Shown in pieces: positions 1 to 13,604 of a stretch of DNA of 64,000 bases. A model generated the notes under the pieces. The model saw only the letters and a list, made by a program, of their open reading frames with translations. It was not told the DNA's origin and made no database searches. A program made the translations under genes and the position numbers. Origin of the DNA: Lama guanicoe (lineage: Eukaryota); NCBI GenBank assembly GCA_013239625.1, contig MU054032.1, forward strand, positions 682,001 through 746,000, written 5' to 3'. Each line of letters begins with the position of its first letter. Position 1 is the stretch's first letter.

Positions 1-1127
1 CCTTTCTCTGTTGGTTGGCTAGGTAGAATGAAAGGTACCTTGTTAATACTGAAAAATAATATTTTTAGATTGATACTAAAAATTTAACTTTTGAATAGGT
101 AATTCATGCACAAGTTCACAATTCTGAAGGTAATAAGAGTATATAGTAAAAAATTTCCCTCCTATACTTGTCCTCAACAAACTCCTTAAACTAGTGTTAA
201 TTTAGCTCTTTCCTCGTCCAGGCATCTTATGTATACACATTATATGGGGGGGTGCATATTATTTTTCACATTAATGTTAGTATCCTGTATACAGTGTTCT
301 ATAGCTTGGTTTTTAAAAATAGCCTTACTGAGGTACAATTTCACATACTGTGCAATTCATTCAGTATACCTTGCTTTTAAAATATGTTCTTTTAAAATAT
401 TTTGAAGTCAAATGCATATAAAAATGGGTAGGATTTGATATTATAAGTTCTTATTTGAGACTTTAAAAGGATTTTGTCCTACTATTAACGTAATTGTGTC
501 AAAATGTGTAAAACGACTTCATCTTTAGCTATTTTGTTTTTACTCATCTATTTCCCTTTTGAAATAATGTCCCAGTATAGGAGCAGAACCTACAATGTAA
601 TAACTAAAGTAATACAACATGGTATAAAAACTGTATGTAACACTCTTATATGACCAGAAAGGGAATATGAAGGTGCTGAGAAGACTGCTTAATAAGCCAG
701 AGATCTGAGATTTGGGACTGAGAACCAGTGGAGGCTGAGATTTCAATGACCAAAGGCAACGGCAAGGTCAGTGGTCAGCAGTGGTAGATGCTATCCACAC
801 TAAACAACCAGTTGTACCAGTCTGTCAGCTTCAAATCTACCAGATCAGCACCCTATGCAGAAACCATCACTGTCTGTTTCCTTGTCGTCTGGAAATTTTT
901 GTAAACTTTTGCCTATGTCTAGGCACAATTTGGGGAAGGAAGGAACAACTCTATTAGAAAGTTGAATTTTGAATTGCCTGAATATTTGCATTCCTTTTTT
1001 GTAGGTGGTCTTAATGTTGCTTAAACCAGCAAAAGAAAAAAGGAATGGAGTCTTCTGAGGAAGATTAGAAGTTACAGGAAATAAAGAAGCTGTATTGCTT
1101 TGTAAACAACCAACCAACACCCTCTAA

Positions 1128-1159
1128 ACACACGCACATGCGCGCGCGCACACACACAC
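1128..1159. repeat. (CA)n/(CG)n alternating purine-pyrimidine tract
   Basis: acacacgcacatgcgcgcgcgcacacacacac. Confidence 0.85.
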
Positions 1160-1769
1160 CAAATAACCCAAATGATATATTTAAAATGTTAGGTGATCCC
1201 TAAGTCCTGGGGTTACATAATAAGGCTTTTACTTTCTTCTGTACTTTTCAGAATTGTCAAACTATTTGGCGGTGAATGTAATACTTTTATAACAAATCAA
1301 CAAAACTCTTAAACTAAAATCAGAAGACTTGTTCTCCAGGAAACTGAAAGAAAATAAAGTACCAATATAGGAAAGATTGAATCTTACTTAAGAAATGGAT
1401 CTTAGAGATCACTTACAGTCTAGATTCTAGATTAATACTATTCAAGGTATGGTCTGTAGGCCAGTGCTTTTTAGTGAAAAGTAAAAAAATAAAAATAGAA
1501 AATTGAGTAAACTTTTAGAAACTTCTTCAGCAGTTTGACATCACTGCTACATCCAAGTGTATGATCATTTTTCAAGTAACGGTTTTATTGTTCCATAAAA
1601 GTGTTGGTTCACAACCTGGCTGAAATATTATAAAAAGTTGGTAGCCCTATCAGTCTACCTATTTTAAAATATATCAATCAATAAATAAAAATATAGCAAT
1701 CTGAAATTCAAAAATCTGAGAAGCAATGATTATCCAATCTTGTCTAACCCTTCATCTAGTATCTAACAC

Positions 1770-1975
1770 TTATAAAGTGCTTGTTAGCTGCCAAGCACTA
1801 TTCTAAATGCCTTATAAGTATTCACTGGTTTAATCTTCAAAACAGCTGTATGTTATGGGTACTGTTGCATTATTCCCATTTTGTAGGAAACTGAAGCACA
1901 CAGAGGTTAAGTTACTCACCCATGGTTATTCAGCTGTAAGTGGTAAAGCTGAAATTTGAACCCAAGGTAGTCTGA
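1770..1975 (-). mobile_element. MIR SINE
   Basis: CCCATTTT..GAAACTGAAGCACACAGAGGTTAAGT..GAAATTTGAACCCAAG. Confidence 0.7.
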
Positions 1976-3356
1976 GGCCATGTTATGCTATGCATACACT
2001 CCACACTTTTAATAGGTGTTTACCTACCATGTTTCTCAATAGAGGGTGCTGTTGGCTTGTTGAGTAGGACAGTTTCCACATAGTATCCCTTCCTCCCTGC
2101 CTGCCCCACTCACTGAATGCTCCATCTGCCCAGTCGGGAAAGAAAAAAAAAGCTCCCCTCCATTTCCAAATGCTGTGGTTGAAAGCCTCTAAAGATGCCC
2201 ATCATATTCCCTTAATTGTAAAGTTCTTTTTTCTATAGGAATCTGCTTTCTAACTTCTACTGGTTGATCTTAGATCTCTACCTCAAAACTGGTTAAGTCT
2301 TTTTTCAGGACAAATACGTATTTGTGCACTGATCTACATATACGATTTTTGGGACCTTCCTTTTGTTCATTTTTCTCCTTGGATGAGCATATCATTTTGC
2401 TCCATAAAATGAGAATACAGAGCCCAGTAAAGCTATTACATCATTTAATATAGATTCTGTTTCTTTCAGTTACCCTTAACTTAAAATTACTTTGGTAACA
2501 AATCATACTGTTAACTCTTTTTGCACTTGTAATCGTCTAAAACCCTGACTGAGGTCTTTATCCTGTGAGTTACTGTTGAGCCAGATCCCTGTCATCTGTT
2601 TTTTTTTTTTTTAACAATTTTAAGTTTTGAATATAAGTGTACTACTTTATAGTGTACCTTATTCTTTCTAAATTGAGTCTTCATTTTGACTCATTGTTCT
2701 CCCTGAAGAGCCAGTGACATCCCCTCTTTGGTTCTGTCAGTAATCTATCAATTCTTCCTCCTTCTATTGTCCTCACAATTAGTCATGTTACTGATTTCAA
2801 AGTCTTCAACATAATGTCTTCTGTAGCATGCTGTTACTTTTTTTTTCCATTTTGGCAAAGATCCTTTAATCAATTGTTGACATTAAGCTAACACACCTAC
2901 CTATTCTATGGTGGTCATACTTGTATGCATGTATATGGTAGATTGCAGTAAACAGTCTGGGATAGTAAGATAGTAAGAAGAATCTACCTTTAGACTATTA
3001 GATTCATTCTTTCCTTGTATGAGCTAGTACAGTAATTATTTGGGGAAAAAAAGACACCTTTTTTTCTCCCTTCAGAAATAGCTAAAGATTTATGATAGTA
3101 AACAGATACATGATTAGATCAAAATTTTATTAACTTAGGCTGTTTATTCTTCAGAATCTGTTAGAAAAGTCCTCTTGCATATTGAGTATTATTAGGGGAA
3201 AGTACACCATCTTTGTGGACCTAGAGGCTTGGTGGGATTAAGAGCAGTAGTTTGGGGTTGAACTTTCTTTTTCTTTCTTGTGTGACTACCTCTTCTTCCC
3301 CATCTGCCCCAGGTTCATTCTATAAATTAAGGAAAAGCTTTATTCTTTTTCCTCAG

Positions 3357-3456
3357 CTTGCTGAACTAAAGCAGGAGTGTCTTGCTCGTGGTTTGGAGAC
3401 CAAGGGAATAAAACAAGATCTCATCAACAGGCTCCAGGCATATCTTGAAGAGCATG
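3357..3456 (+). CDS. SARNP: SARNP (CIP29/Tho1 homologue) coding exon 2, SAP domain; exon 1 lies upstream of the window
   Basis: ttttcctcag|CTT...CAT G|gtgagt; translates LAELKQECLARGLETKGIKQDLINRLQAYLEEH. Exons 2-11 plus a 36-nt exon 1 CDS sum to 633 nt (210 aa + stop), matching recalled human SARNP length. Confidence 0.97.
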
Positions 3457-3879
3457 GTGAGTGCTCTGTGGAGGCAGAGTGATGTGAGTGAGGGGATTAA
3501 TTTCTAGGCTCTGCCATATGGAAGATTTCTTTTCCTTTAGGTTGTTGATGATGTAAGCTCTTAATTAACTGTATTAAAATTCTGGGTCATCTAAAACAGT
3601 GGTTACAATGAAAAGAAATTACCCCCTTCCCTTTTAAGACATTGTAATTTTATTTCAGCTAATTATGTTGAAGAGAGTATGGTAAAACAAGTATCATTAG
3701 ACTGAGGATTTAAAGATTTGAATTCTAATTACTCTTACGCCAGAAATTTACTTGGTAACTTTGACAGCCACTGTTTTCATGGCTAAGTGTCTGTTTTGTT
3801 CTGTGACATGAGACAAGTGTCTGCAACCTTGAAATCCATAAACCTAGATAGTCTCTGGTCCCTTCTAGCTCTGACATTC

Positions 3880-4985
3880 TCTAATTCCACCTTTTTAAAA
3901 ACAAATAAAAACCACTTCATCTAAGGCATACTGTCATCCCTCCCTAGTTTTTATTTCCATTCCTTTTACCTCAACTCCCTTAGGCAACTATTCTGAAGTG
4001 TTTGATAAATACTTTTTGTCTTTGTCCTTGTAAATCATGTAGTGTTGTTTGGCATACAGTATTTTTATGTCATTGGCAGTAAGGCCATACTTACTTAATA
4101 AGGCCTTACTTTATTTTTCATTTTTTCTCTAAGTCCTGTGTTTTTTTAAGATGTATTTGTGTGGCCTATGGCTGTGTGGTCATCTAGTCTGTTGATTCTA
4201 ATTCCTGCATGGTAGTGTATGATATATAGAATTTACCACATTTTGTTCAGTTCACTAGGTGACTGATGCCTTTATTGCCTCCTGAACCACTTCTTTCATG
4301 TTTCTTTATATTCTGGTGTGAGAGTCTTTCTGGGGTATATACGCAGGAATGGGATTGCTAATGAGTAAGTATTCATAATGTTTACTCAGTGTGACTAAAC
4401 ACAGACAAGTTGTATTTCTGAATTGCTTTATAAATCTCATTATCAGCACATGAGGGTTTTTGTGTATCTCCTTCACAAACCTAAACTTGGCACTGACCTA
4501 TCAAGTGGCCCGATTTTTTGCTGATCTGTTGGTGGTTTCAATTTACATTCCTCTTATTATTAAAAAGTTTAAACATTTCTTTTGTTCATGGTTCTTTGGG
4601 TTTCTCCTTTACTCGTTTTTCTATTGGGATTTCCATCATTGGCTTATTAGTTTGCAGGCATTTCTTCTTTAATTCTAGTAACTATATCCTTGTTTGTTCT
4701 AGACACAAATACCTTCTTTTTCATTTGTTTCTTTTTTTGTGGAGTCCTCCCCTAGTTTTGAAAAATTTGTACTTTTTTGCATATTACTTTTGTTTGTGGG
4801 TTTTTTTTTAAGAAATTATTCACCAACACTAAGTTCTCCCACATTATTTTTTATTAATGTTATAGTTTGGCCTCATCACGTTCACTTCTTTAGTCCAGCT
4901 AGAGTTTAACCTCATATCAATGTTAGGTAAAGAAGAGAGTTTTACCTTCTCCATGTGGAACAAATTTTGTAAGCATCAGTTCTGC
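3880..4985 (-). mobile_element. Highly degraded ancient L1 fragment
   Basis: Motifs such as CTGGGGTATATACGCAGGAATGGGATTGCT and GGTTTCAATTTACATTCCTC; boundaries approximate. Confidence 0.5.
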
Positions 4986-5099
4986 CTTCATTATTTAATT
5001 TTATTTTGGGAAAGCAAAATAAATACAATTTTAGCCTAAGTACAGTGATCAAGATGGTTTTGTAGCAGGGCTTGACCTGAATATTTTAATATTCTTTAG

Positions 5100-5146
5100 C
5101 TGAAGAGGAGGCAAATGAAGAAGATGTACTGGGAGATGAAACAGAG
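5100..5146 (+). CDS. SARNP: SARNP exon 3
   Basis: ttctttag|CT GAA GAG...ACA GAG|gtgagt; (A)EEEANEEDVLGDETE. Confidence 0.96.
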
Positions 5147-5372
5147 GTGAGTTGGAGAGAGTAAGGTTAGTCACTGGCCTGGCAACGTGCCACTACCTTG
5201 GTCACACTGCTGAACATCAATCATTAGAGGGCTTAAATGCTAACTCATTAGGGGAGCATACAGGGGGAATGAAGGTTCTGAAAGACTGGTTCATTTTGGA
5301 GTTCTCATATTCTTTTATTATTGGGTATTTACTCTTGATTTATGCTAACCATCTTGTTTCATTTGGTTTTAG

Positions 5373-5440
5373 GAAGAAGAACCAAAGCCCATAGAACTGC
5401 CTGTCAAAGAGGAAGAACCGCCTGAAAAAACTGTTGATGT
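5373..5440 (+). CDS. SARNP: SARNP exon 4
   Basis: ggttttag|GAA GAA GAA CCA...GAT GT|gtaact; EEEPKPIELPVKEEEPPEKTVDV. Confidence 0.96.
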
Positions 5441-7649
5441 GTAACTATCCCTTTTTTTTTATAATGAGTACAAAGCAGACAGTTCTAGGGTTTTTAGTTT
5501 CACTCTGTTTACCTCTTATACATTCCCATTGGCTTTTTCATTTCTCATTAGATCATACATTTTCAGAGGGTCTACTTCATTTCAAGTGCATGGTCCCAGT
5601 GAAGCAAAATTAAGTTTGTCTCTGGGTTATGTAATAATTAGGAGCTGGAGACTTCAAGCCCAGATAAAGTTTAGTTCTCCTAGCCTTTGTTGTATAACTG
5701 TAATAGATGATTCTCTTTCTGTATAGAGTCATGCAAATTTTCTGCATATAAAGAATTTTGTAAGGGAGGAGGGTGCTGAGCAGAGATTATGTCTCAAAGT
5801 AACACTGTATTCTCTCTTCCTTTTGACTTACAGTGGTGGAGGGGAGGACAGAGTACTAGAGTAGAAAGTGAATCTTGATTTATTCAAATTATTCCACAAG
5901 ATTGATCACAAACATCTTTTATTTGGGATCGCCCCACAAATGTCTGGCCATCTTATACTCCAGCACATTAAGAACAGTTGAGTCCTTTTTAACATTTTTG
6001 TTCCTCATAGCTGTATTAATCTATTTAATTATAAAAGATAATATATGTACTAGTAAAAAGTAAAACAGTACATAGAGGAGTATATAAATTGAAAATTAAG
6101 TACCCTTGTTTTCATCCCCACCTGACTTCCCAGATGTTTTCAGTATATGCTTCTGGAATATTTTATATGCTGTGTGTATATGTGTATATACAGTTACATA
6201 TGTACACACCATGCAAATTGTTGGTTTCTTGATTTTTTTTTCACATACAGAGCTCTTTCTATATTATATAATAATGTCCTTATTTAAATATAGTTATATA
6301 GTAGGCAAGGTTCTAACTATTTTGCATGTATTCTCATTTAATCCTCACTTCAACCCTGTGAAATGGGAATAATTATCCTAGTAAGTAGTAGGTCTCGCTC
6401 TTTTTTTTTTTTTTTTTAGTTATTATGGGATATTACAAGTATATATAAAAATTATGAGAATAGTATATAGACCCCCATGAACCCATCAACTTGGAATTGT
6501 ATTCTTTCTGGCAGCTAATAATACTCCATCCTTTGAATGAACAGTAATTTCACAAGTCTCCTGTTGATGGACATTTAGATTATTCATAATTACAGAAAAT
6601 GCAGCACTACATGTCCTTATACAACTAGTTTTAAATTTATGCAGATGTATCCGTAGGATAAATTTCTAGCAATGGATTTGAGGCAACATAGGGGATGTGC
6701 ATTTAATGTTTTATTAGATTTTCTCAAATATTACTGCTTTCTAAAATCATTTACTTACCTTCCATCATAGGAGGTTAGTGTCTAGGTATAATGCCTTGAG
6801 AAAATGCCTAATGGAATAGCTTTAAGATAGAGATGTTTTGAGGACTTAATGGGGCAAGAAGGAAGATGAGGTAAATACAGTAATAATTGGCCTGTGTGGG
6901 TTAAAAATAATGAAATTTAAAAATTTATAGAAGTTCATTATCTTTAAAATATCTAAAATATGTAATTCTCTTGTTTAAAGTGCTTTAATTTTATCAGTGA
7001 ATTTCTAAACAAGGGAATTGAAATTGTGTGTGTGTTGAGGGGGTGCTTTTGCTTTTTAAAGAGCTAGTAGTGATTAGACTAAAGTATATACAGAAAGGTT
7101 CTGGGTCCCTGTATTTTGGAGAATGTTTTGTATATGACTGGATAGGAGAGAAACTTCTCAGTGAACAGAAGAATGAGTCCCAGAATATAATGTGTATTTA
7201 TTGCTTGAGCTTAATTGTGCCTGAGGGAGTTGGAACAGAGCAGAAGGAAGCTTCCTCTCTCCTTGTTCCCTTTCTGCCATGAGGTGTGCTACAATGATTG
7301 TGCTTTAAGATGGGAATGTGGAGGAAGTCATTAGCCTGGGGTTTGGTGGAGAGGACTGCTTTTTTAATGGCATTGGACTTCAAGTAAAACATTAAACTTC
7401 AGTGGCCCTCTCTGCCTGAACAAAACAGAGGGTTGGGGAAGGAAGGATGACCAGGAAATGGAAAGAATTCAGAAATTTCTTTTAAAGTCAGAATATACAG
7501 GGCTAATTTAGGTCTTTTGACCATTCAAAAGGAGATCCCTTTGCTTTGTTTTTCGCTTGAGGTTCTCCAAAGAAATACCTCTGTTTCTAGTTTGATTTCC
7601 ACCCCCACCCCAAGCTAAGGCAGTTAAATATTGCAGGACTTAGTTATGG

Positions 7650-7663
7650 TCAGCAGGGGGCTC
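7650..7663 (+). promoter_or_regulatory. Candidate CTCF site in SARNP intron 4
   Basis: TCAGCAGGGGGCTC in an otherwise AT-rich context. Confidence 0.4.
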
Positions 7664-8557
7664 CCATTGCTTATCTGTGAGTCCAGGGACTTCCAACAAA
7701 AGGATGGAGGAGAGAGTAAGTTCCTGTTACAGAATTGCTTCCTCTGAAAATGCTATTACACCATTACTACCTTTCAGGGCATCAAATGGGAAAAGTGTCC
7801 GGGATATTTGAACAAAAGCCGCCTATGTCCCTAAATGAGGGACCTTAATGAGACTGGTTATGACCCACAGTTTTATGGGAGTTGTTTGGTGGAGAGTTAA
7901 TACCCTTCCATTTATCCTAGGTACTTCCGAACTTTGTCTCCCACCCCTCTGGTCCACCCCACCACCACCCCCTGCTTTTGTTTTCTCTTAAACCTTTTGA
8001 CTAGTAACTTACCATGTTGTCCTAATTCAAACTCCTCTTAGGCTTTTTTCTTTCTACTCCCTTTGGCATTTTTATTTGTCCCACTTTGACTGTTTCAGCT
8101 AGAACTAGAGTCCCCATGGGAGAAATAAGGGATTTGTAAAAGAAGGAAACCAGACCTTGTAGAGCACTCATTAACTGTTGTGATGAACATTGAGAGCTGG
8201 TATTTAAATGAGGGTTAGAAGAATAGTCATTACTCCAGAAGTACATTTAAAGTTCCTAAAGGTAAATGAAATGGTTTCCAATGTCCTTTAAGTGTTACCG
8301 TTCACCCAGTATATTAACTTCTTTCCTGGTTACTTTCTTATATTCTAGCGAAGTATCTTAGTCTATTATCTGAACTCTTTATCAATAGACGACAGTTTAA
8401 GGAACTGAAGAGCTAATGGGCTTCATGTTTTTTTTGGTCAAAGGGAAGGCAGAGAGAGAGGGGACAGAGGATATAACTCCGGTAAATTCTTATACAATTC
8501 TGAGGTTTTGGTTTAGAATATCAGTTTTTTGATTTTGAAAATCTCTTTCTTTTCCAG

Positions 8558-8609
8558 GGCAGCAGAGAAGAAAGTAGTAAAAATTACATCTGAAATACCA
8601 CAAACAGAG
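8558..8609 (+). CDS. SARNP: SARNP exon 5
   Basis: tttccag|G GCA GCA...ACA GAG|gtatgt; AAEKKVVKITSEIPQTE. Confidence 0.96.
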
Positions 8610-9462
8610 GTATGTATTCTTTTAGAGGAGCAGTCTATATATATATGTTTTAGTTTTTGTTTTCTATTTCTTAGCCTCTATTCTATCTATATCATCACTT
8701 TAAAAATTTTACTTATAGGCAGAAAATCAATATTGACAGATTTTGGTATTGATACATTTTTCCACCAACTAACTATATTTGGGAAAATACTCTGGCTGGC
8801 ATAGTCACCTTTGAAGCCCTAGTCTTTTTGTGTATAATATTCTGGTCTTAGTGGTAACTCTTTTTAAGATATTTACAAACTAGGATTAGAGTTTGGGAGG
8901 ATTGTACCTTGGAAGAGCTGAAAAGTAACAAGGGAAGATACCACTTGTAAGTTACTACTGGCTAGATGGAGAGATTGAAATTTCTCTGAATTCCATCTCA
9001 AGATCTCTGAAACTATGTTCCAGTCAAGATCTGTGTTCTTTTTGTACCTTTAAAGTAGAGATGGCATAGGACAACACTGCCTCATTTCTAATTGAAAGAG
9101 TACAACTAGTGTTGGAACCAAGCTGTTCCTTTGATCCCTTTTCAAAGGTCAACCAAACACAGCTTTTGTCTTCTTGGCTTGATGCAGAATGTGGGTTTTA
9201 TTTTATTCCTTCCCTTTTGTTTTTGAGGACATGAATGTAATAATAGTCTTTTTGTGTTTGCTTTCTGGAAAGGGCTGTTGAGTTAAGCCCTGAGAGGGGT
9301 GCACCCTGATATCCTCTAAGATTGTCAATATAACTCAGTTTAGACCTAAGAAATTACTCTTTATGTTCTAAAGATACACACCTCTTAACAACTTTTCTCT
9401 TAAAAGAAGAAAACCAGAAAATGAGTGTTTCTCTCCCCCTTCTTTTGTCTATTACCACTTAG

Positions 9463-9536
9463 AGAATGCAGAAGAGAGCTGAACGATTCAATGTACCTGT
9501 GAGCTTGGAGAGTAAGAAAGCTGCCAGAGCAGCTAG
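9463..9536 (+). CDS. SARNP: SARNP exon 6
   Basis: cacttag|AGA ATG CAG...GCT AG|gtgagt; RMQKRAERFNVPVSLESKKAARAAR. Confidence 0.96.
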
Positions 9537-9988
9537 GTGAGTGTCCCCATCGTTTTGGACCTGAGATAGTGATCATACGAAGGTGAGGAAGTGTGTTCCT
9601 AGGTTTTAAATATAATTGTTGATTTTAAGTGAAATAGAGGCCTTTGCCGAAAAGAAATAACTCTCTTGACTTTGTTCAGGACTTGTCTGCTCATTCAATA
9701 TAGTAGCTCTAGATTGGGTTTTATTGTCAAACAGGGTTTTTGTAATAGGTGAAAGTCAGGAACTGACTGCCACTCCCAGTTCTGATAAGGCTTCCTTTTA
9801 GTTTATTCTCTGGACTCTTGGTGAGAAAAAGAGTCAACTGGACCTCTTTCATGGGGTTGTTAGAATTAGCTAATGATTGCAAGGCTTGAGATCACAAGCA
9901 AGAAGTGCCATATGTACACTTGACACGGAGACAGACAACCAAGAGTGTGAACAGCTTCCTAAAATTTAGCTTGTTTTTCTTTCTACAG

Positions 9989-10017
9989 ATTTGGGATTTC
10001 TTCCGTTCCGTCAAAAG
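9989..10017 (+). CDS. SARNP: SARNP exon 7 (29 nt)
   Basis: ttctacag|A TTT GGG ATT TCT TCC GTT CCG TCA AAA G|gtaaga; FGISSVPSKG. Confidence 0.95.
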
Positions 10018-11544
10018 GTAAGAATACAGAGACTTCTGAGAAAGTTATCTTTATGGTCTTACTTTTTTGGCACAACAGATTCCATTTCTCCAAATTAAGG
10101 TAAACTTGTTAGTGCTAGAAGCCTTTAAGCGGTTATTATATTCACCTCTGTGCTTTAGGTAAAACCATGCTTAACCCTTCCTGGGCAATTTAGAGAAGGT
10201 ACTGAAGTTATGAGAGAATAGAAGGAAGCACCAACATCTGTTTTCCTTTTCTTAGACATCTTTAGGGAAGTTTCTAGTACCTTACTTATTTATTCTGATT
10301 TCACAAGTCAGCATGTAATTACTGTGTACCTGCCCATTGTTAGTACTGCCTAGTGTGAGTGGCAAAGAGAAGAAGAGAGTATCTTTTACCTTCTAGGAAA
10401 TTACAAGGAGAAAACTTTAGCTATGTTTAAAGACTTAGCCACAAGGATTATCACAGCATTATAGTTATCAATAATTGGAAACAATGTAATATACAATAGA
10501 GAATTGGTTAAATAAATATGTATCATAGTACAGTTGAAGACTATGCAGATGTTAAAAATTATATTGAAGAATATTTGTCAAACACATAAATGGAAAAAAC
10601 ATTATAAAATAATATTTGTAGTGTGTTCCTATTTTAGTAATAAAAATGCACTATGGATAGGAAAAAAGATTGGAGGGATATATACTGAATTGATAACACA
10701 TTATCTCTGGTTGGTAGAATTTTAAATGCCTGTTTTTTAAATTTCTGCAGTGAGTATATATTTGTAATAAATTAGGGAGCAAAGTTATACTTTTTAAAAA
10801 GAACATAGTTCCTTTTCTCAGAGACTTTAAATGTAGTCTCCTGATCCAATCTAGTCTTCTAGTGACCTGTTAGTAGTTTCAAGTCTGTTAAGAAAATGTG
10901 CTTCAAAAATCTTAGAGAGTTTTGCTATGCTTTTTAATAAAAGTCCAGCAAAATTTTGGTCACTGTTACTACATGTTTTAGAAACAAAATATTTTCTGGC
11001 TTTTAGTTACATTGAGAGAGATAATAGGATTGGTGATGGTACAATAAAAATTATTAAAGGCATTATTAGATGGTGCTATTTGAAGAAAGACAAAAGTTAA
11101 AATTAATACTTAGCCTGAAAAGGAAGATTGTCAATAAAATAATGTAAAGATAACATTTGCAGTGCTATCTGTATAATCTGGAGAACTACAGAGTGGCTCT
11201 TAAAAGAATAGAATTTGGCAGCAGTTAAAGGAAGTATTGTTTTTATGAGTGAGAACATAAAAATACTTAAAAGTTCCTAGCAAATAGCTATGGTAAATGT
11301 TGAGTCCATACCTGAATGTTTACGGTGGACAATTAGGGAACCAATTACAAGATTGAGGTTGCTTAAAATAAAATTCTGTCAAGTTTTAAATAAATAATTA
11401 CTGACTAGATTGGGGTTGGGCCTATAGGCCAGTATACTACTTACTAGTGATAATTTCAGGACCGAACATTGGCTTTAAGAGATCATGATTTTAACTCGTT
11501 ATGATAGTGGCTGTGCTCTTTTGTCCAGATATAGTGTCTTTCTC

Positions 11545-12180
11545 TTTTTTAAAACAGCTTTATTGAGATATAATTCCTATGTCATACAGCTCATCCATTT
11601 AAAGTATGCAATTCAGTGTTTTTTATATATTCACAGGATTGTGTAACCATCATCACAGTCTAATTTTAGGGCATATTCATCACTCCAAAAAGAAACCCCG
11701 TACCCATTAGCAGTTTTACTCATCACCTCCCCCCCAACCTCCAGCAAGCAACCACTAAATTTTTTCTGTATATATAAATTTGCCTTCATATAAATGGTAT
11801 CTCGTAATTCATGGTCTTTGGTGACTGCCTTCTTTCACTTAACGTAATGTATTCAGGGTTCATCCATGTTTTAGGATATGTCATTACTTCCTTTCTTTTT
11901 ATTATTGGATAATACTGTGTTGTACTGATATACCACATTTTATCTTTCCATCAGTTAGTGTACATTTGGGTTATTTTCACTTTTTGGCTACTATGGATAA
12001 TGCTACTGTGAACATTCATATCTGAATTTTTGTGTAGATATATATTTTCATTTCTCGGGGAGTTACCTAGGAGTCAGATTGCTAGGTCATATGGTAAACT
12101 CCATGTTTAACTTTTTGAGGAACCATCAAAATGTTTTCCAAAGCGGCTGTACTCTTTTATGTTCCCATCAGCAATGAATG
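11545..12180 (-). mobile_element. Older L1 (L1MA/MB-like) 3' fragment
   Basis: Typical terminus AACAGCTTTATTGAGATATAATTC...ACCATCATCACAGTCTAATTTTAG...AAAAGAAACCCCGTACCCATTAGCAG. Confidence 0.75.
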
Positions 12181-12346
12181 CAGACATGATCTCTAGATAT
12201 AATTTCTGCCTTTTCTTTCCCTTCATAGGATAAAGGATATTTATCCTATATATGATTTCTGTGCTGTCTCACTTGATTTGAAGACTGTCAACTTTCTTTA
12301 CAACTTTTAAAAATATTAAATAAACCTTTTTAATTTACTTCTTTAG

Positions 12347-12372
12347 GCCTGTCATCTGACACTAAGCCTATG
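12347..12372 (+). CDS. SARNP: SARNP exon 8 (26 nt)
   Basis: ctttag|GC CTG TCA TCT GAC ACT AAG CCT ATG|gtaaga; LSSDTKPM. Confidence 0.94.
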
Positions 12373-12966
12373 GTAAGAAATTTTTTTTTCTCAACCCTGA
12401 GTGCCAAATCTTAACTCTGTACAGTTAAAGTTAGAGATTTACTTCTCCCCAGATAAGAGGAAATTGAGATCATAGGAGTTTGGTGACTGTTTTCAGTGCA
12501 GTGTTTTATGTCCTGAATAAAAAGAATTGTTTGAGGTACTGAGAGGTTGGGAAAATTGCTGCATCTTCAAAGTCATTATAGATCTCTTTCTTCCTGCCAC
12601 TCCTCTTGGGAAAAAAAAGTGGGTAGATTTTGTTAGCTTGAGGACAGTCCATGTAGCTCTTTGTTTTATGGTACTGGAGTTTTTAGGCCTCAACCAATGG
12701 CTTTGAATAATGTCTGGTTCTTAATTACCACAAGAGAATCTATGGAAGCAACTTATGAGTTCTATTTGTAGATACTGGGAATTTTCAACACTAATTATTA
12801 AATATAAAACCAGGGAATAAAGACTAGTAGAATAAGATCCCTTCTGGGCCATTATGACTATTCAGCATATTTAGAAAATGGGAATAAATGCTGCAAACTA
12901 TATTCAGCATTATGAAATCCTGCTCTTGGGGTTATAGATCAATACTGTAAGTGAAGGCGAAATGTT

Positions 12967-13038
12967 GTAGTGGTAGTAGTGGTAGTGGTAATAGTAGTGG
13001 TGGTGGTAGTAGTAGTAATTAGAACAGTAGTAGTAATG
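12967..13038. repeat. Imperfect (GTA/GTG)n trinucleotide repeat
   Basis: gtagtggtagtagtggtagtggtaatagtagtggtggtggtagtagtagt. Confidence 0.85.
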
Positions 13039-13535
13039 AAAATGTCCCAAATGTCCTTATGATAAGTCTTACATGTCAGGGCTTCCAAGAAAAAGTAAGG
13101 AATAAAATTGAGTTGGGTACTGGTAGTAGATTTATCTTCTGAAGCAAGGATAACTGCAGTGATAGTTTCTCTTTGCTAGGAGGTAGTTAAGAACTACTTG
13201 CCAAGACTGTATATAGGAATTAACAGTTTTGGACTGTGAATGATGGACTTGTTTGGAGGTGATGATTTAGACATTTGTTTGCTTTTTCAAGCAGTATTTG
13301 GCCTACTTTGATCTTATACCCTCCTTGGGGTCTTGCCACCTTTGATAAATGAAGGAGGCAGGGCTGAATCTTTCACTGCATTCCAGGAGAGGCCTTTTAA
13401 TAATTAGTGGCGTAGATTAGTGGCACATAGGGTATCTGTGTGTAGGCTTACTTGAACTCTTAGCTTTGGACCATAGTTTATGCTTTCCATATTTTCTGTT
13501 TTGATTCTTAAAATTTTTTTCCTATGTTTTTGTAG

Positions 13536-13604
13536 GTTAACATGGATAAGCTAAAAGAAAGAGCTCAAAGATTTGGTTTGAACGTCTCTTCAATCTCCAG
13601 AAAG
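13536..13604 (+). CDS. SARNP: SARNP exon 9
   Basis: ttgtag|GTT AAC ATG GAT...AGA AAG|gtaaga; VNMDKLKERAQRFGLNVSSISRK. Confidence 0.96.
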